Source: an uncultured delta proteobacterium (GTDB taxonomy: Bacteria; Desulfobacterota; Desulfobacteria; Desulfobacterales; QNYZ01). From it: DNA of 57,138 nucleotides. The DNA lies in the NCBI GenBank assembly GCA_963845145.1, contig CAWJQU010000009.1, positions 1 to 57,138 of the forward strand, written 5' to 3'. Each line of letters opens with the position of its first letter. Positions within the stretch are counted from its first letter, which is position 1. This document shows, piece after piece, positions 37,399-47,750 of this stretch. The translations under genes and the position numbers were made by a program. The notes under the pieces were generated by a model. That model was not told the origin of the DNA and searched no databases. It saw nothing but the letters and a program-made list of their open reading frames with translations.

Positions 37399-37785
37399 CT
37401 AAGTGATCTCTCTTAAGCAGGGGTTCCATTCAAGGTGTTCAATTTTGTTTTTAGTGTGACACTTGAAACAGGTAAATTTCAGTCCAACTCGATAATATTG
37501 TTTCTTATCATCTGCCTTGTAAGGTTTACTCCATACCATACGGCCTTCCGCCCATAGCGGTTCACGAAAGGCAGGTGCCAGAATGGCGATATCATATTCC
37601 TTTTTATTTTTGAGAGCTTTGTCGGAGACCGCTTGTAATCCAGAGGTGCTTAAATCAATCAGCGAAAGATTGAGGTATTCTTTTCCAATGCGTCCCCGGA
37701 CACCCTTTGGTTTAAGCTGAATCCAGCAATTAAGGATCTGAAACCTTCTCTTACATCTCTCACCAAAGCAAGGTTGTTTTTTCAT
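37399..37785 (-). CDS. PilZ-domain protein
   Basis: RCKRR, DLSTSG, YRVGLKF. Confidence 0.75.
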   Translation of the reverse strand: MKKQPCFGERCKRRFQILNCWIQLKPKGVRGRIGKEYLNLSLIDLSTSGLQAVSDKALKNKKEYDIAILAPAFREPLWAEGRMVWSKPYKADDKKQYYRVGLKFTCFKCHTKNKIEHLEWNPCLREIT

Positions 37786-37884
37786 AAGAATATTTTCTAT
37801 TTATCTAATCAATAAGCAATCGAATAAAGGGTTGTATTCTATATCGTTTGGCTTGAATTATGGCAATGCGCTAAAGTGTAATAG

Positions 37885-37917
37885 AAAAAGGCAGCGTCTT
37901 TCAACCCTGCCTTTTTT
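37885..37917. terminator. Bidirectional-type terminator hairpin downstream of tRNA-Lys
   Basis: AAAAAGGCAG-12 nt-CTGCCTTTTTT. Confidence 0.6.
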
Positions 37918-38010
37918 GGAATACCCATAATTTTCTTATGTCACAAAACGGACACATTTTGGTTTTTTCTGAGATTTTTATTATTCTATCGACTAGCATC
38001 CTAATTTCAT

Positions 38011-38087
<77 letters not shown>

Positions 38088-38172
38088 AAGAATGTTGCGG
38101 CGAATCGTACCGGAAATGATGCGGTTGTCTACCAACTTGACCTTGAGATGTCAAATGATTTTTCAGAACAAG

Positions 38173-38928
38173 TCATGACCGCCATGGGGGCGGTTGCCGC
38201 TTGCGTTTAACCTTTTTTAGTCCTTTTTTTCCGAAGCTTCCGCGGCCTTTGGCCGGGGGGGCTTTGCGGCCCGATTTTTCGATCAACGCCATCGGATCCA
38301 GGATCACGCTGCCCGGTGTGGGGCGTGTCTTTTTTAGCAGATCGGTTTTTTTGGTGTCGGGTTTTTCTTCGGGTAGCGGCGGTCCGGTAAAACATCCTTC
38401 AGGGATTTGGTTGGCCCATAAAATGTCATCGCCAAACCCATAAAAATCAATCCCTCTGGCTTGGCATTGCTGTGTATTGACGGTGAGCAAAACAGCCTGG
38501 TGGTCATAGCGCCGCCCGATCCGTTTCGCCAAAGGGCGATTGGTTGACAGTATCACCCGGGGAACGCCCATTCCGGTAATCCCATTTTTATGAACGACAG
38601 GGTAGGCCCGTTTGCGTACGCAGGTGTAAAGCAAGCGCGGCGGCATTGCCACCAATATCTGCGGCGGCAGTTTTTCACGGAGCCGTGCCCGAATCAAATG
38701 GTCGTCTCGTTCCAGGGGCGGGTCCTGCAGCGTGATGAAGAGCATGTCTATATTTTTTTGCCGAATGTGGCGTAAACCGTCTTCCTCCCCTATCGCCTTA
38801 ATCAGGTCTTTCATTTTCACATAGCCGTTTTCGTCTGGAACCAGGCCGAACTCATCGGGACGCCTTCCCAAAATATAGATCAGCAATTTCAACAATTGCT
38901 GGGCATCACGCTGATTTTTTTGCATCAT
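38173..38928 (-). CDS. RNA 2'-phosphotransferase (KptA/Tpt1)-like protein, divergent
   Basis: [40 protein letters not shown] follows the KptA layout. Confidence 0.8.
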   Translation of the reverse strand: MMQKNQRDAQQLLKLLIYILGRRPDEFGLVPDENGYVKMKDLIKAIGEEDGLRHIRQKNIDMLFITLQDPPLERDDHLIRARLREKLPPQILVAMPPRLLYTCVRKRAYPVVHKNGITGMGVPRVILSTNRPLAKRIGRRYDHQAVLLTVNTQQCQARGIDFYGFGDDILWANQIPEGCFTGPPLPEEKPDTKKTDLLKKTRPTPGSVILDPMALIEKSGRKAPPAKGRGSFGKKGLKKVKRKRQPPPWRS

Positions 38929-39022
38929 AGCCTCGTTTCTTGACCTGTTCGATCGCCTCTGGTATTTTTTAATTACCTATACGAAGGTTCATATATCATT
39001 AAAAATGAAAGGGCAAAACCTC

Positions 39023-40315
39023 ATGGATCAAACCCAGTCACAACAGCTTTTTGACGATGCACAAAAAGTCATTCCCGGTGGCGTGAACAGCCCTGTCCGT
39101 GCTTGCAAGTCAGTGGCCGCCGATCCTTTGTTTATCAAGCGGGCCGACGGTTGTATGTTGACCGATGCCGATGGCAATGATTATATCGATTATGTGGGGT
39201 CCTGGGGCCCAATGATTCTTGGGCACCGCCACCCGGCAGTCATCAAGGCCATTCAAGCGGTTCTTGAGCGTGGTACCAGTTTCGGTGCCCCCACCGACCT
39301 TGAAACGGAATTAGCCATTTTGATACGGTCGGCAATGCCGGCCATTGACATGGTACGCATGGTGAACTCCGGTACCGAAGCCACCATGAGCGCAATCCGT
39401 CTAGCCAGAGGATTTACCGGTCGCGATAAGATTATCAAGTTTGACGGATGCTATCACGGCCATGCCGATACGCTTCTGGTCGAGGCGGGATCAGGTGTTG
39501 CAACCCTCTCCATACCGGGCAGCCCGGGGGTTCCGGATGAGTTTGCCGCGTTGACCTGTTCTTTGCCATTTAATGATATCGAGGCCTTTGAAGCGGTCAT
39601 GGCCAAAGAAGGAGACGGTATCGCCTGTGTCATTGTCGAACCGGTGGCCGGAAATATGGGGATGATTTTGCCCAATGACGGTTTTCTGGCCGCCCTGCGC
39701 CAAAAAACAGAAGAAAACGGCAGCGTACTGATTTTTGACGAAGTGATGACCGGCTTTCGGGTGGCCCACGGCGGCGCGCAAAGTCTTTACAATATCAAGC
39801 CGGACCTGACCACGCTGGGAAAAATCATTGGGGGGGGTCTACCGGTAGGTGCCTACGGAGGCCGCCGGGACATCATGGCCCGCATCGCACCCCAAGGGCC
39901 GATTTATCAGGCCGGGACATTGTCCGGAAACCCCGTGGCTATGGCGGCCGGCATCGAAACGTTAAAACAATTATCGCATTCGGGATTGTACGATGAACTG
40001 GCATCCAAAACCCGGCATTTAACCAACGGGCTCAGCCAAGCGGCTGAAAAAGCCGGTATCCCGGTCCAGGCTTCCGCCATTGGCTCCATGTTCGGTCTAT
40101 TCTTTACCAATCAGAAGGTGACGGATTTTGCTTCCGCCAAATCATGCGATCTGGCCATGTTTACCGATTACTACAAGGGGATGCGTGAAAAGGGGATTTA
40201 TCTGGCCCCATCCCAATTCGAGGCTGGTTTCGTCTCCACGGCCCATGGAAACACCCATATCGAGCAAACCCTTACCGCTGCTAAAGAGGTATTTAAGATG
40301 ATTCGGCCCCGATGA
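39023..40315 (+). CDS. hemL: Glutamate-1-semialdehyde 2,1-aminomutase
   Basis: [55 protein letters not shown]. Confidence 0.97.
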   Translation: MDQTQSQQLFDDAQKVIPGGVNSPVRACKSVAADPLFIKRADGCMLTDADGNDYIDYVGSWGPMILGHRHPAVIKAIQAVLERGTSFGAPTDLETELAILIRSAMPAIDMVRMVNSGTEATMSAIRLARGFTGRDKIIKFDGCYHGHADTLLVEAGSGVATLSIPGSPGVPDEFAALTCSLPFNDIEAFEAVMAKEGDGIACVIVEPVAGNMGMILPNDGFLAALRQKTEENGSVLIFDEVMTGFRVAHGGAQSLYNIKPDLTTLGKIIGGGLPVGAYGGRRDIMARIAPQGPIYQAGTLSGNPVAMAAGIETLKQLSHSGLYDELASKTRHLTNGLSQAAEKAGIPVQASAIGSMFGLFFTNQKVTDFASAKSCDLAMFTDYYKGMREKGIYLAPSQFEAGFVSTAHGNTHIEQTLTAAKEVFKMIRPR

Positions 40316-40316
40316 G

Positions 40317-40781
40317 AGATATTACAATACTATCCGTCTACGCTATTTCAACGCTGCCGGTGCTGATGAAAGCGGCCGCATCGATGAACGCCACTCGCCG
40401 GAAACACACTTAGGGTTCGCGCGAAAATAAGTTCACAATTTTAGGCGTTGAGGCGCCCGCCTGGCAAGGCGTGAAAGTGATGGAATATCGAGATATTCTG
40501 AGCTTTCACAACGTCGCCAGACGGGATGCATCGGCGTATAAAATGTGAAATAATTTTTTCGCGATCCCTTAATTCCACTGGTTTTGAAAGTCGCTACCGG
40601 AGAGCGAGAAAACATTCAGATCTTCGGCTCCCATTATGACACTGCCGATGGAACCTGCTGTAGGTCCGCAGATTCCCAAAAGGCCAAACAATTGCTCGAT
40701 TGGCGGCCGGTTTACGAAAATCTCAAGACCATTATTGAAACCGCCTGGCGATGGCATCGAAATGAAGCCCGATATCTATAA
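40317..40781 (+). pseudogene. galE: UDP-glucose 4-epimerase C-terminal remnant, interrupted by a MITE and internally deleted
   Basis: LRYFNAAGADESGRIDERHSPETH | insertion | LIPLVLKVATGERENIQIFGSHYDTADGTC, then jumps to ADSQKAKQLLDWRP..IIETAWRWH. The N-terminal NAD-binding half is absent. Confidence 0.88.
40413..40568 (+). mobile_element. MITE family 2, copy A (156 bp), TTA target duplication
   Basis: TTA-GGGTTCGCG...CGCGATCCC-TTA. Removing the element plus one TTA restores galE codons CAC TTA ATT. Confidence 0.9.
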
Positions 40782-40901
40782 CACCTATCGCTTTAACCTT
40801 GTATAAGGTGTCCAATTTTGATACATTAAATCTACCGTTCTTTTGCGTGATCTTTCGCCGCAGTCATTAACCCCATCTCTAAGTAAAAGGAGGAATCGAC
40901 C

Positions 40902-41915
40902 ATGAAGCCCATCAAATTTTGTTTATTCATTTTACTCATTTTAACCCTTACGGGCGTCGCATATGCCGGGACGCTGGAAGATGTTCGCGCCAAGGGATTT
41001 ATTCAGGCCGGTGTAAATGGAGACCTGTTCGGTTTTGGAAAGACAGATGAAAAAGGTGTGTGGCGCGGTCTCGATGTCGATACAGCCCGGGCCGTTGCGG
41101 CTGCGGTGTTCGGTGATGCAGATAAGGTTAAGTACACACCTCTGACGGCAAAAACACGGTTTACCGCATTGCAATCCGGCGAGATTGACGTACTCACTCG
41201 AAATTGTACCCAGACGCTGGGTCGCGATACGGCACTGGGCCTCGATTTTTGTCAGGTCAACTACTACGATGGCCAGGGATTTTTAATTCCCAAAAAACTG
41301 GGTGTTAAAAGCGCTAAGGAACTCGACGGGGCGGCCGTATGCGTACTGCCAGGAACCACTACTGAACTCAATGTCGCCGACTTTTTCAGGGCTAACGGTA
41401 TGAAAATGAAACCCGTAGTCATTGAAAATACGGCCGAGCTGGCCAAAGCCTTTTTTGCCGGTAGATGCGATTGCCTAACATCGGACGCATCTCAGTTAGC
41501 CGGCACACGGGCGGTGGCACCCAACCCAAAAGATTATATGATTTTACCGGAAATAATTTCCAAGGAGCCGTTGGCGCCCGCCGTACGACATGGCGATAAT
41601 AAATGGAAGGATATTGTCAACTACAGCATTCTCGCCATGATAAACGCCGAGGAGCTCGGAGTTACATCAAAAAATGTCGACGAGATGCTAAAGAGCAAAG
41701 ACCCTAAAATCATGCGGTTCCTGGGCGTTACTGAAGGAAACGGCAAGGCCCTCGACCTGGATGAGAAGTTTGCCTACAACATCGTCAAACAAGTGGGCAA
41801 TTACGGTGAGATTTTTGAAAGAAACGTTGGTGTGAATACGCCCCTGGGCATTGCGCGCGGTTTAAACGCACTGTGGACAAACGGTGGTTTGATGTATTCA
41901 CCGCCTTTCAAATAA
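40902..41915 (+). CDS. aapJ: General L-amino-acid ABC transporter, substrate-binding protein
   Basis: Signal peptide; RFTALQSGEIDVL, YYDGQGF, ISKEPL, VGNYGEIFERN, RGLNALW..GGLMY. Confidence 0.93.
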   Translation: MKPIKFCLFILLILTLTGVAYAGTLEDVRAKGFIQAGVNGDLFGFGKTDEKGVWRGLDVDTARAVAAAVFGDADKVKYTPLTAKTRFTALQSGEIDVLTRNCTQTLGRDTALGLDFCQVNYYDGQGFLIPKKLGVKSAKELDGAAVCVLPGTTTELNVADFFRANGMKMKPVVIENTAELAKAFFAGRCDCLTSDASQLAGTRAVAPNPKDYMILPEIISKEPLAPAVRHGDNKWKDIVNYSILAMINAEELGVTSKNVDEMLKSKDPKIMRFLGVTEGNGKALDLDEKFAYNIVKQVGNYGEIFERNVGVNTPLGIARGLNALWTNGGLMYSPPFK

Positions 41916-41951
41916 TCGATTGTATATAAGCGGCAACCATTGCGGACCTAA

Positions 41952-42117
41952 GGGTTCGTGTAAAAAGAAGTTCACAGTTTTAAGTGTTGAGGCGCCCGCC
42001 TGGCAAGGCGTGAAAGTGCAGGAATATCGAGATATTCCGAGCTTTCGCAACGTCGCCAGACGGGATGCATCAGGATGCATCGGCGCTTAAAATGTGAAAT
42101 TATTTGTGCGCGCGCCC
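41952..42117 (+). mobile_element. MITE family 2, copy B (166 bp), TAA target duplication
   Basis: TAA-GGGTTCG...CGCGCCC-TAA. Colinear with copy A plus an internal 10-bp duplication (GGATGCATCA GGATGCATCG). Confidence 0.9.
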
Positions 42118-42241
42118 TAAGTCCCGGACACAAGAGCAGACCGGTAACAAAATTGGTTGCCATACATACGAAAAACCGGCTGCCGGGATGATGATCGCCA
42201 TCTTATAAACCCGGCAGCCGCAACGTTTAAAGCCTTGGAAA

Positions 42242-43438
42242 ATGCAGCCCGACAATACGCATCCCCAAAAAGCCGTGCCCCAGTCAACGGTCCCATTTTT
42301 CAACGACCCCAAAAAGCGCTCGATCCTTTTTCAGATCGCTACGCTTCTGGCAATCGGTCTAATGGGTTTTTATCTGATATCAAATACCCTCACCAATCTA
42401 GAAAAACAGTCCATCGCCACCGGCCTCGGCTTTTTAGAGCAGGAGGCGGCATTTGAAATCGGTGAAAGCGCCATCTCCTACTCTGCCGCCGACACATATG
42501 GGCGGGCGCTTCTCGTTGGCTTTTTAAACACCCTGATTGTCTCATTGGTCGGAATTATCCTCACCATCATACTGGGAACAGTTATCGGCATCGCGCGCCT
42601 TTCCTCAAATTGGCTGGTTACCAAACTCGCGGCGGTGTACATTGAACTGTTCCAGGATATACCGATACTGCTTCAGCTTTTTTTCTGGTATGCATTTTTT
42701 TACAATATCCTGCCATCTCCTAGCCAAGCCTGGAGCCCCGTATCAGGTATTTTTTTAAGCAATCGCGGGCTGGTGTTTGGCGTACCCGAATCTCACCCGG
42801 TCCACAAATATATGCTTATCGCAACAATTGTGGCTGGTATCGCTATCTATTTACTTCGCCGGTGGGCCCGGAACAGACAGGCACAAACCGGCCAGATTTT
42901 TCCTGTATTGCGAATCTCATTCGCCGTGTTCCTCGGACTCCCGTTATTGACCTGGGCCGTGGGCGGTGCCCCAACCGCCATGAATATTCCTGCCCTAAAA
43001 GGATTCAATTTTCTGGGGGGACAAAACATTAGTCCGGAATTTACCGCCCTTTTATTGGGTTTGATCCTATATACGGCTGCGTTTGTGGCCGAAGTCGTTC
43101 GAGCCGGCATCCAATCGGTGAGCAAGGGACAGACCGAGGCGGCTGTGTCATTGGGGTTAAAATCCGGCTTGGTTTTAAATTTGGTAATTCTGCCCCAGGC
43201 GCTACGTGTCATCATTCCCCCTTTGACAAGCCAGATGCTGAACCTGACGAAAAACAGTTCGCTGGCGGTTGCGATCGGATACCCGGATTTTGTCTCCGTG
43301 GCCGGAACAACCATCAATCAGACCGGCCAGGCCATAGAAGGCGTGGCCCTGATGATGATTGTTTATCTCACCCTAAGCCTGCTCACTTCGGCCTTTATGA
43401 ACTGGTACAATAAGAAGATGAAATTGGTGGAAAGATAA
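42242..43438 (+). CDS. aapQ: Amino-acid ABC transporter permease
   Basis: GIARLSSNW, AEVVRAGIQSVSKGQTEAA, NLTKNSSLAVAIGYPD. Confidence 0.92.
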   Translation: MQPDNTHPQKAVPQSTVPFFNDPKKRSILFQIATLLAIGLMGFYLISNTLTNLEKQSIATGLGFLEQEAAFEIGESAISYSAADTYGRALLVGFLNTLIVSLVGIILTIILGTVIGIARLSSNWLVTKLAAVYIELFQDIPILLQLFFWYAFFYNILPSPSQAWSPVSGIFLSNRGLVFGVPESHPVHKYMLIATIVAGIAIYLLRRWARNRQAQTGQIFPVLRISFAVFLGLPLLTWAVGGAPTAMNIPALKGFNFLGGQNISPEFTALLLGLILYTAAFVAEVVRAGIQSVSKGQTEAAVSLGLKSGLVLNLVILPQALRVIIPPLTSQMLNLTKNSSLAVAIGYPDFVSVAGTTINQTGQAIEGVALMMIVYLTLSLLTSAFMNWYNKKMKLVER

Positions 43439-43443
43439 ACCCT

Positions 43444-44538
43444 ATGGTCGGCAAGGCCCTCAAACTGGACGAAAAAGAGATTAGACCCCCGGTGACAAGC
43501 GTGGGGGTTGTTGGATGGGTTAAAACCAACCTGTTCAATAGTCTCTTTAATTCGATCCTGACCCTCCTGACCCTTTATATTTTGTGGCAGGTGGTGCCGC
43601 CTTTTATTCGCTGGGCCTTTATCGAAAGTCATTGGTATACAGCAAGTGATGTCTGCCGCGGATCCGATGGCGCCTGCTGGTCTGTCGTCCCGGCCAATCT
43701 TCGATTTATCCTTTTCGGATTTTATCCATACGAATCCCAATGGCGCCCACTGTTGGCCATGGTGATCCTAGTGGCTCTGCTCTTTTACAGCCGCAACCGA
43801 CTGCATTGGAAAAAATCTCTGTTTTATGCCTGGTTATCAGGTCTATTTGTTATGGGCCTGCTTATGAGAGGTGGTATTTTAGGACTCACACCCGTCGAAA
43901 GTACGCAATGGGGTGGGTTGCCGTTAACCCTTTTACTTTCGGTTTTCGGGCTTGCGGCGGCATACCCGCTGGGCGTGCTTCTTGCCCTGGGACGCCAGTC
44001 GGAAATGCCGGCCATCAAGGCTTTGTGTATCATCTATATTGAAATGATTCGGGGCGTTCCACTGATTACGCTTTTGTTTATGTCTTCCATCGTCTTTCCG
44101 CTCTTTTTACCTGAAGGGGTAACGGTTAACGTCATCCTAAGGGCTCAGGTCGCCATCATTATGTTCACGGCTGCATACATCGCCGAGGTTGTTCGAGGGG
44201 GGCTGCAGGGGATGGCCAGGGGACAATTTGAGGCAGCTGACTCCCTGGGGCTCAACTACTACCAAACCATGAGGCTGGTGATACTTCCCCAGGCATTGAA
44301 AATCGTCATACCGCCGACGGTTAGCCAGTTGATATCCGCACTAAAAGATACCTCCCTGGTCGTTATCATCGCTTTGTACGACTTGTTAAAAACAACCCAG
44401 TCCGTCCTTTCAAACCCCAATTGGATGGCGTATTCATCAGAAGCCTATATCTTTGTGGCTCTGATTTATTTTGGCTGCTGCTATTTCATGTCCAGCTATA
44501 GCCGGCGTCTGGAAAAGGAACTGGATACCGGATTGTAA
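43444..44538 (+). CDS. aapM: Amino-acid ABC transporter permease
   Basis: WGGLPLTL, IRGVPLIT, AEVVRGGLQ..GQFEAA, LKDTSLV. Confidence 0.92.
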   Translation: MVGKALKLDEKEIRPPVTSVGVVGWVKTNLFNSLFNSILTLLTLYILWQVVPPFIRWAFIESHWYTASDVCRGSDGACWSVVPANLRFILFGFYPYESQWRPLLAMVILVALLFYSRNRLHWKKSLFYAWLSGLFVMGLLMRGGILGLTPVESTQWGGLPLTLLLSVFGLAAAYPLGVLLALGRQSEMPAIKALCIIYIEMIRGVPLITLLFMSSIVFPLFLPEGVTVNVILRAQVAIIMFTAAYIAEVVRGGLQGMARGQFEAADSLGLNYYQTMRLVILPQALKIVIPPTVSQLISALKDTSLVVIIALYDLLKTTQSVLSNPNWMAYSSEAYIFVALIYFGCCYFMSSYSRRLEKELDTGL

Positions 44539-44644
44539 CTATCTATTGTAGCTATATAGGGTTAGGATGACATCTTTAAGAATAAATCGGCATTGATTCG
44601 AGCAGCATCTTCTCAATAAAAATAAAACGGGTAAAAGGGATCCC

Positions 44645-45418
44645 ATGAACGACCTAAATTCGATCGAAGAGACAACATTACCCAATGAAGCCATTATCGA
44701 AATTAAGGGCATGCACAAATGGTTTGGAGAGTTCCATGTTTTAAAAGACATCAATTTGACCGTACAAAAGAAAGAGCGAATTGTTATCTGCGGCCCATCC
44801 GGTTCCGGAAAATCGACCCTGATTCGTTGCATTAACCGTCTGGAGGAACATCAACGCGGTCAAATTGTGGTCGATGGCATCGAATTGACCAACGACATTA
44901 AAGGCATTGAAAAAGTTCGGACCGAGGTTGGCATGGTTTTTCAACATTTCAACCTTTTCCCGCACCTGACCATTGTTGAAAATCTTACGCTTGGCCCCAT
45001 GTGGGTACGCAAGGTCCCGAAAAAAAAAGCCGAAGAGATGGCCATGTATTACCTGGAAAAAGTTCAAATCGCCGAACAGGCGGATAAATATCCGGGACAA
45101 CTTTCCGGTGGGCAACAGCAACGCGTGGCCATTGCCCGCAGCCTTTGCATGGCGCCCAAAGTCATGCTTTTCGACGAGCCGACGTCGGCCTTGGACCCCG
45201 AAATGATCAAAGAAGTGCTTGATGTCATGATTGAGCTTGCGCGGGAGGGGATGACCATCCTAGTGGTGACCCACGAAATGGGTTTCGCCAAAAGCGTTGC
45301 CCATCGGGTCCTGTTTATGGATTATGGACAAATCGTCGAAGGCAATACGCCCGAGGCCTTTTTCAATAATCCCGAACACAAACGGACGAAGCTTTTTCTC
45401 AGTCAGATATTGGATTAG
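44645..45418 (+). CDS. aapP: Amino-acid ABC transporter ATPase
   Basis: [28 protein letters not shown]. Confidence 0.95.
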   Translation: MNDLNSIEETTLPNEAIIEIKGMHKWFGEFHVLKDINLTVQKKERIVICGPSGSGKSTLIRCINRLEEHQRGQIVVDGIELTNDIKGIEKVRTEVGMVFQHFNLFPHLTIVENLTLGPMWVRKVPKKKAEEMAMYYLEKVQIAEQADKYPGQLSGGQQQRVAIARSLCMAPKVMLFDEPTSALDPEMIKEVLDVMIELAREGMTILVVTHEMGFAKSVAHRVLFMDYGQIVEGNTPEAFFNNPEHKRTKLFLSQILD

Positions 45419-45464
45419 TAAAAGGCATTAACAACAATAAATTCTCTGGAAAGGAGACAGCAGA

Positions 45465-46262
45465 GTGGCCGCACAAAAACACAACATTGAGGAGTTGTCC
45501 GACTTTGCGATGGAAATCGTTCGTCAGTCCGGCCAAAAGGCCCTTACCTATTACGGCAAGGGACAACCGGATACCAAATTTGATGAAGGCCTGATTACCG
45601 AAACCGAATTGCACCTGATGGACTATTTCCAGGGCCAATTGAATGATCGCTATCCGGACCACCAGATTTTTCGCGGCAATGATCAAGAGACGGAATATAC
45701 CCACGATAGTAAGCGCTATCTGTGGATTTTTGATCCGCTGGATGGCGTTGCCAATGTTCAGGCCGGCATTCCCATCTGGGGCATTTCGTTGGCTCTGGTG
45801 GAAAATTTCTGGCCGATCTATGGTGTGATTTCACTGCCCGCCACGGGCGATGAGTTCCAAGCCGTGGGCGGCCGCGAGGCCTTGAGGGGCGATGAGATTA
45901 TCAACACGGCAGCCTTGGAGAGTATCAGCGATGAAAGTGTTTTGTTGACCTATTCCCGTTTCCATCAACAGTACAACACCACCTTCCCCGGAAAGATTCG
46001 GAACATGGGCTGCACCACAGCGCATATTTGCTATGTTGCCCAGGGTCGTGCCGATGCCGCCATCATCGCCAATGAATCATTTCAGGGTTTGGCTGCCGCC
46101 CGGGTTATCATCGAGGCCGCCGGTGGCAAAATCTATAAAATGAACGGTACCGAGTTTTTCTTAAATGACTATCTGGACGGCGGACAAATCAATGAACATC
46201 TGCTCGTCACCACACCGGGCATTTGCAATCAGGTCCTCAATACATTGCAAAGGACGAAGTAA
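45465..46262 (+). CDS. Inositol monophosphatase-family protein (divergent)
   Basis: WIFDPLDG..N, AAARVIIEAAGG. Confidence 0.85.
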   Translation: MAAQKHNIEELSDFAMEIVRQSGQKALTYYGKGQPDTKFDEGLITETELHLMDYFQGQLNDRYPDHQIFRGNDQETEYTHDSKRYLWIFDPLDGVANVQAGIPIWGISLALVENFWPIYGVISLPATGDEFQAVGGREALRGDEIINTAALESISDESVLLTYSRFHQQYNTTFPGKIRNMGCTTAHICYVAQGRADAAIIANESFQGLAAARVIIEAAGGKIYKMNGTEFFLNDYLDGGQINEHLLVTTPGICNQVLNTLQRTK

Positions 46263-46377
46263 TTCGAATCCAAATGACATCTAAACAGATTTTAAATACG
46301 CATCTTGCCAAGCACTTGCAAGTGGGCGGGCTGACTGATCAGCCGGCTAATTTCCTACAGGTGGGCTAACGGAACGC

Positions 46378-47718
46378 ATGCAGCCCATCGTTGCCATTGT
46401 CGGTCGCCCCAATGTGGGTAAATCGACCTTATTTAACCGGCTGACACGATCTCGTGACGCCATCGTGGACGATACCCCCGGTGTGACCAGGGACCGACAC
46501 TACGGTGATGCCGTCTGGAATGATCGACCGTTCACATTGGTGGATACCGGGGGAATCCTGTCCGATGATCCCGACGGTTTTACGGACACCATTCGCCACC
46601 ATGTCGAAGAAGCCATTCAGGCGGCCGATATTCTCATCCTGCTGTTGGATGGACGTTCCGGGATTTCACCTTTTGACCGGGAACTGGCCCAGATACTTCG
46701 AACCATTGAGAAGCCGACGATGGTGGCCGTCAACAAAATTGATAGCCCTGAAATGGAAGTCCACCTGTCGGAATTTTATGCCCTGGGATTTGATCGCCTC
46801 TATCCTGTGTCGGCGGAACATCGCTATGGCATAAACGATTTTCTGGACGAACTGGTCGACCGGTTTGAACCCCAAATTGATGATGTGGAAACAGGCCCTG
46901 CGGATAACACCATTCGCCTGGCCGTTATTGGCCGACCCAATGTAGGCAAATCCTCCCTGGTCAACCGCATTCTCGGCGAAGAACGGGTAATGGTCAGCCA
47001 AATTCCAGGCACAACCCGGGACGCCATCGACACCACCTGCAAAATTAACAACCAAACCTATCTGATTATTGATACGGCCGGTATCCGTCGTAAAGGCAAA
47101 GTGCACCAGCGTCTGGAAAAATTTTCAGTGATCAAGGCCTTGAAAAGTCTTGATCGCTGCGATCTGGCCCTGATCCTCATTGATGCCGATGAGGGGATCA
47201 CCGATCAGGACATCAGTATCGCCGGGTACGCTAATGATCGGGGCCGGGGCGCCATTTTTCTGCTAAACAAATGGGACTTGGTGGAAAAAGACACCGATAC
47301 TGCCGGCCAGTATATCGAGCGTCTTCGTTCATCGGCCAAATTTTTAAAGTTTGCACCGGCCATGACGATCTCGGCTAAAACCGGGTTGCGGGTCCGCCGG
47401 ATTTTCAAGCTGGTCAATGAGGTTTATGCACAATACACGACCCGCATCGATACGGGACCGTTGAATCGGATTTTTGAACGGGCCGTGAAAAAAAACGAGC
47501 CATCCCTATCCAGAGGCAAACGGATCAAGTTTTATTATGCTACCCAGATAACCAGCCACCCGCCGACCTTTATTGTTTTTGTCAACTATCCCGAGGCCGT
47601 ACACTTTTCGTATCAACGCTATCTGATCAATCAAATCCGCGAGGGAACCGGTCTGAGCCATACGCCCATTCGGCTCTATTTTCGAAAGCGAACCGGCCGG
47701 CTAAGCCGCTCAAAATAG
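46378..47718 (+). CDS. der: Ribosome biogenesis GTPase Der
   Basis: Two GRPNVGKS G-domains, DTGG/DTAG, C-terminal KH-like domain. Confidence 0.97.
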   Translation: MQPIVAIVGRPNVGKSTLFNRLTRSRDAIVDDTPGVTRDRHYGDAVWNDRPFTLVDTGGILSDDPDGFTDTIRHHVEEAIQAADILILLLDGRSGISPFDRELAQILRTIEKPTMVAVNKIDSPEMEVHLSEFYALGFDRLYPVSAEHRYGINDFLDELVDRFEPQIDDVETGPADNTIRLAVIGRPNVGKSSLVNRILGEERVMVSQIPGTTRDAIDTTCKINNQTYLIIDTAGIRRKGKVHQRLEKFSVIKALKSLDRCDLALILIDADEGITDQDISIAGYANDRGRGAIFLLNKWDLVEKDTDTAGQYIERLRSSAKFLKFAPAMTISAKTGLRVRRIFKLVNEVYAQYTTRIDTGPLNRIFERAVKKNEPSLSRGKRIKFYYATQITSHPPTFIVFVNYPEAVHFSYQRYLINQIREGTGLSHTPIRLYFRKRTGRLSRSK

Positions 47719-47750
47719 ACGCGGCACTTATTTTAGGAAACCATCCGGCC

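Noticed and set aside
40433..42163. Short similar ORFs (40433-40615, 41898-42080, 41972-42163) sharing ..SEYLDIP.. or ..LGISRYS..
   Set aside because: They are translations of the family 2 MITE, not genes.
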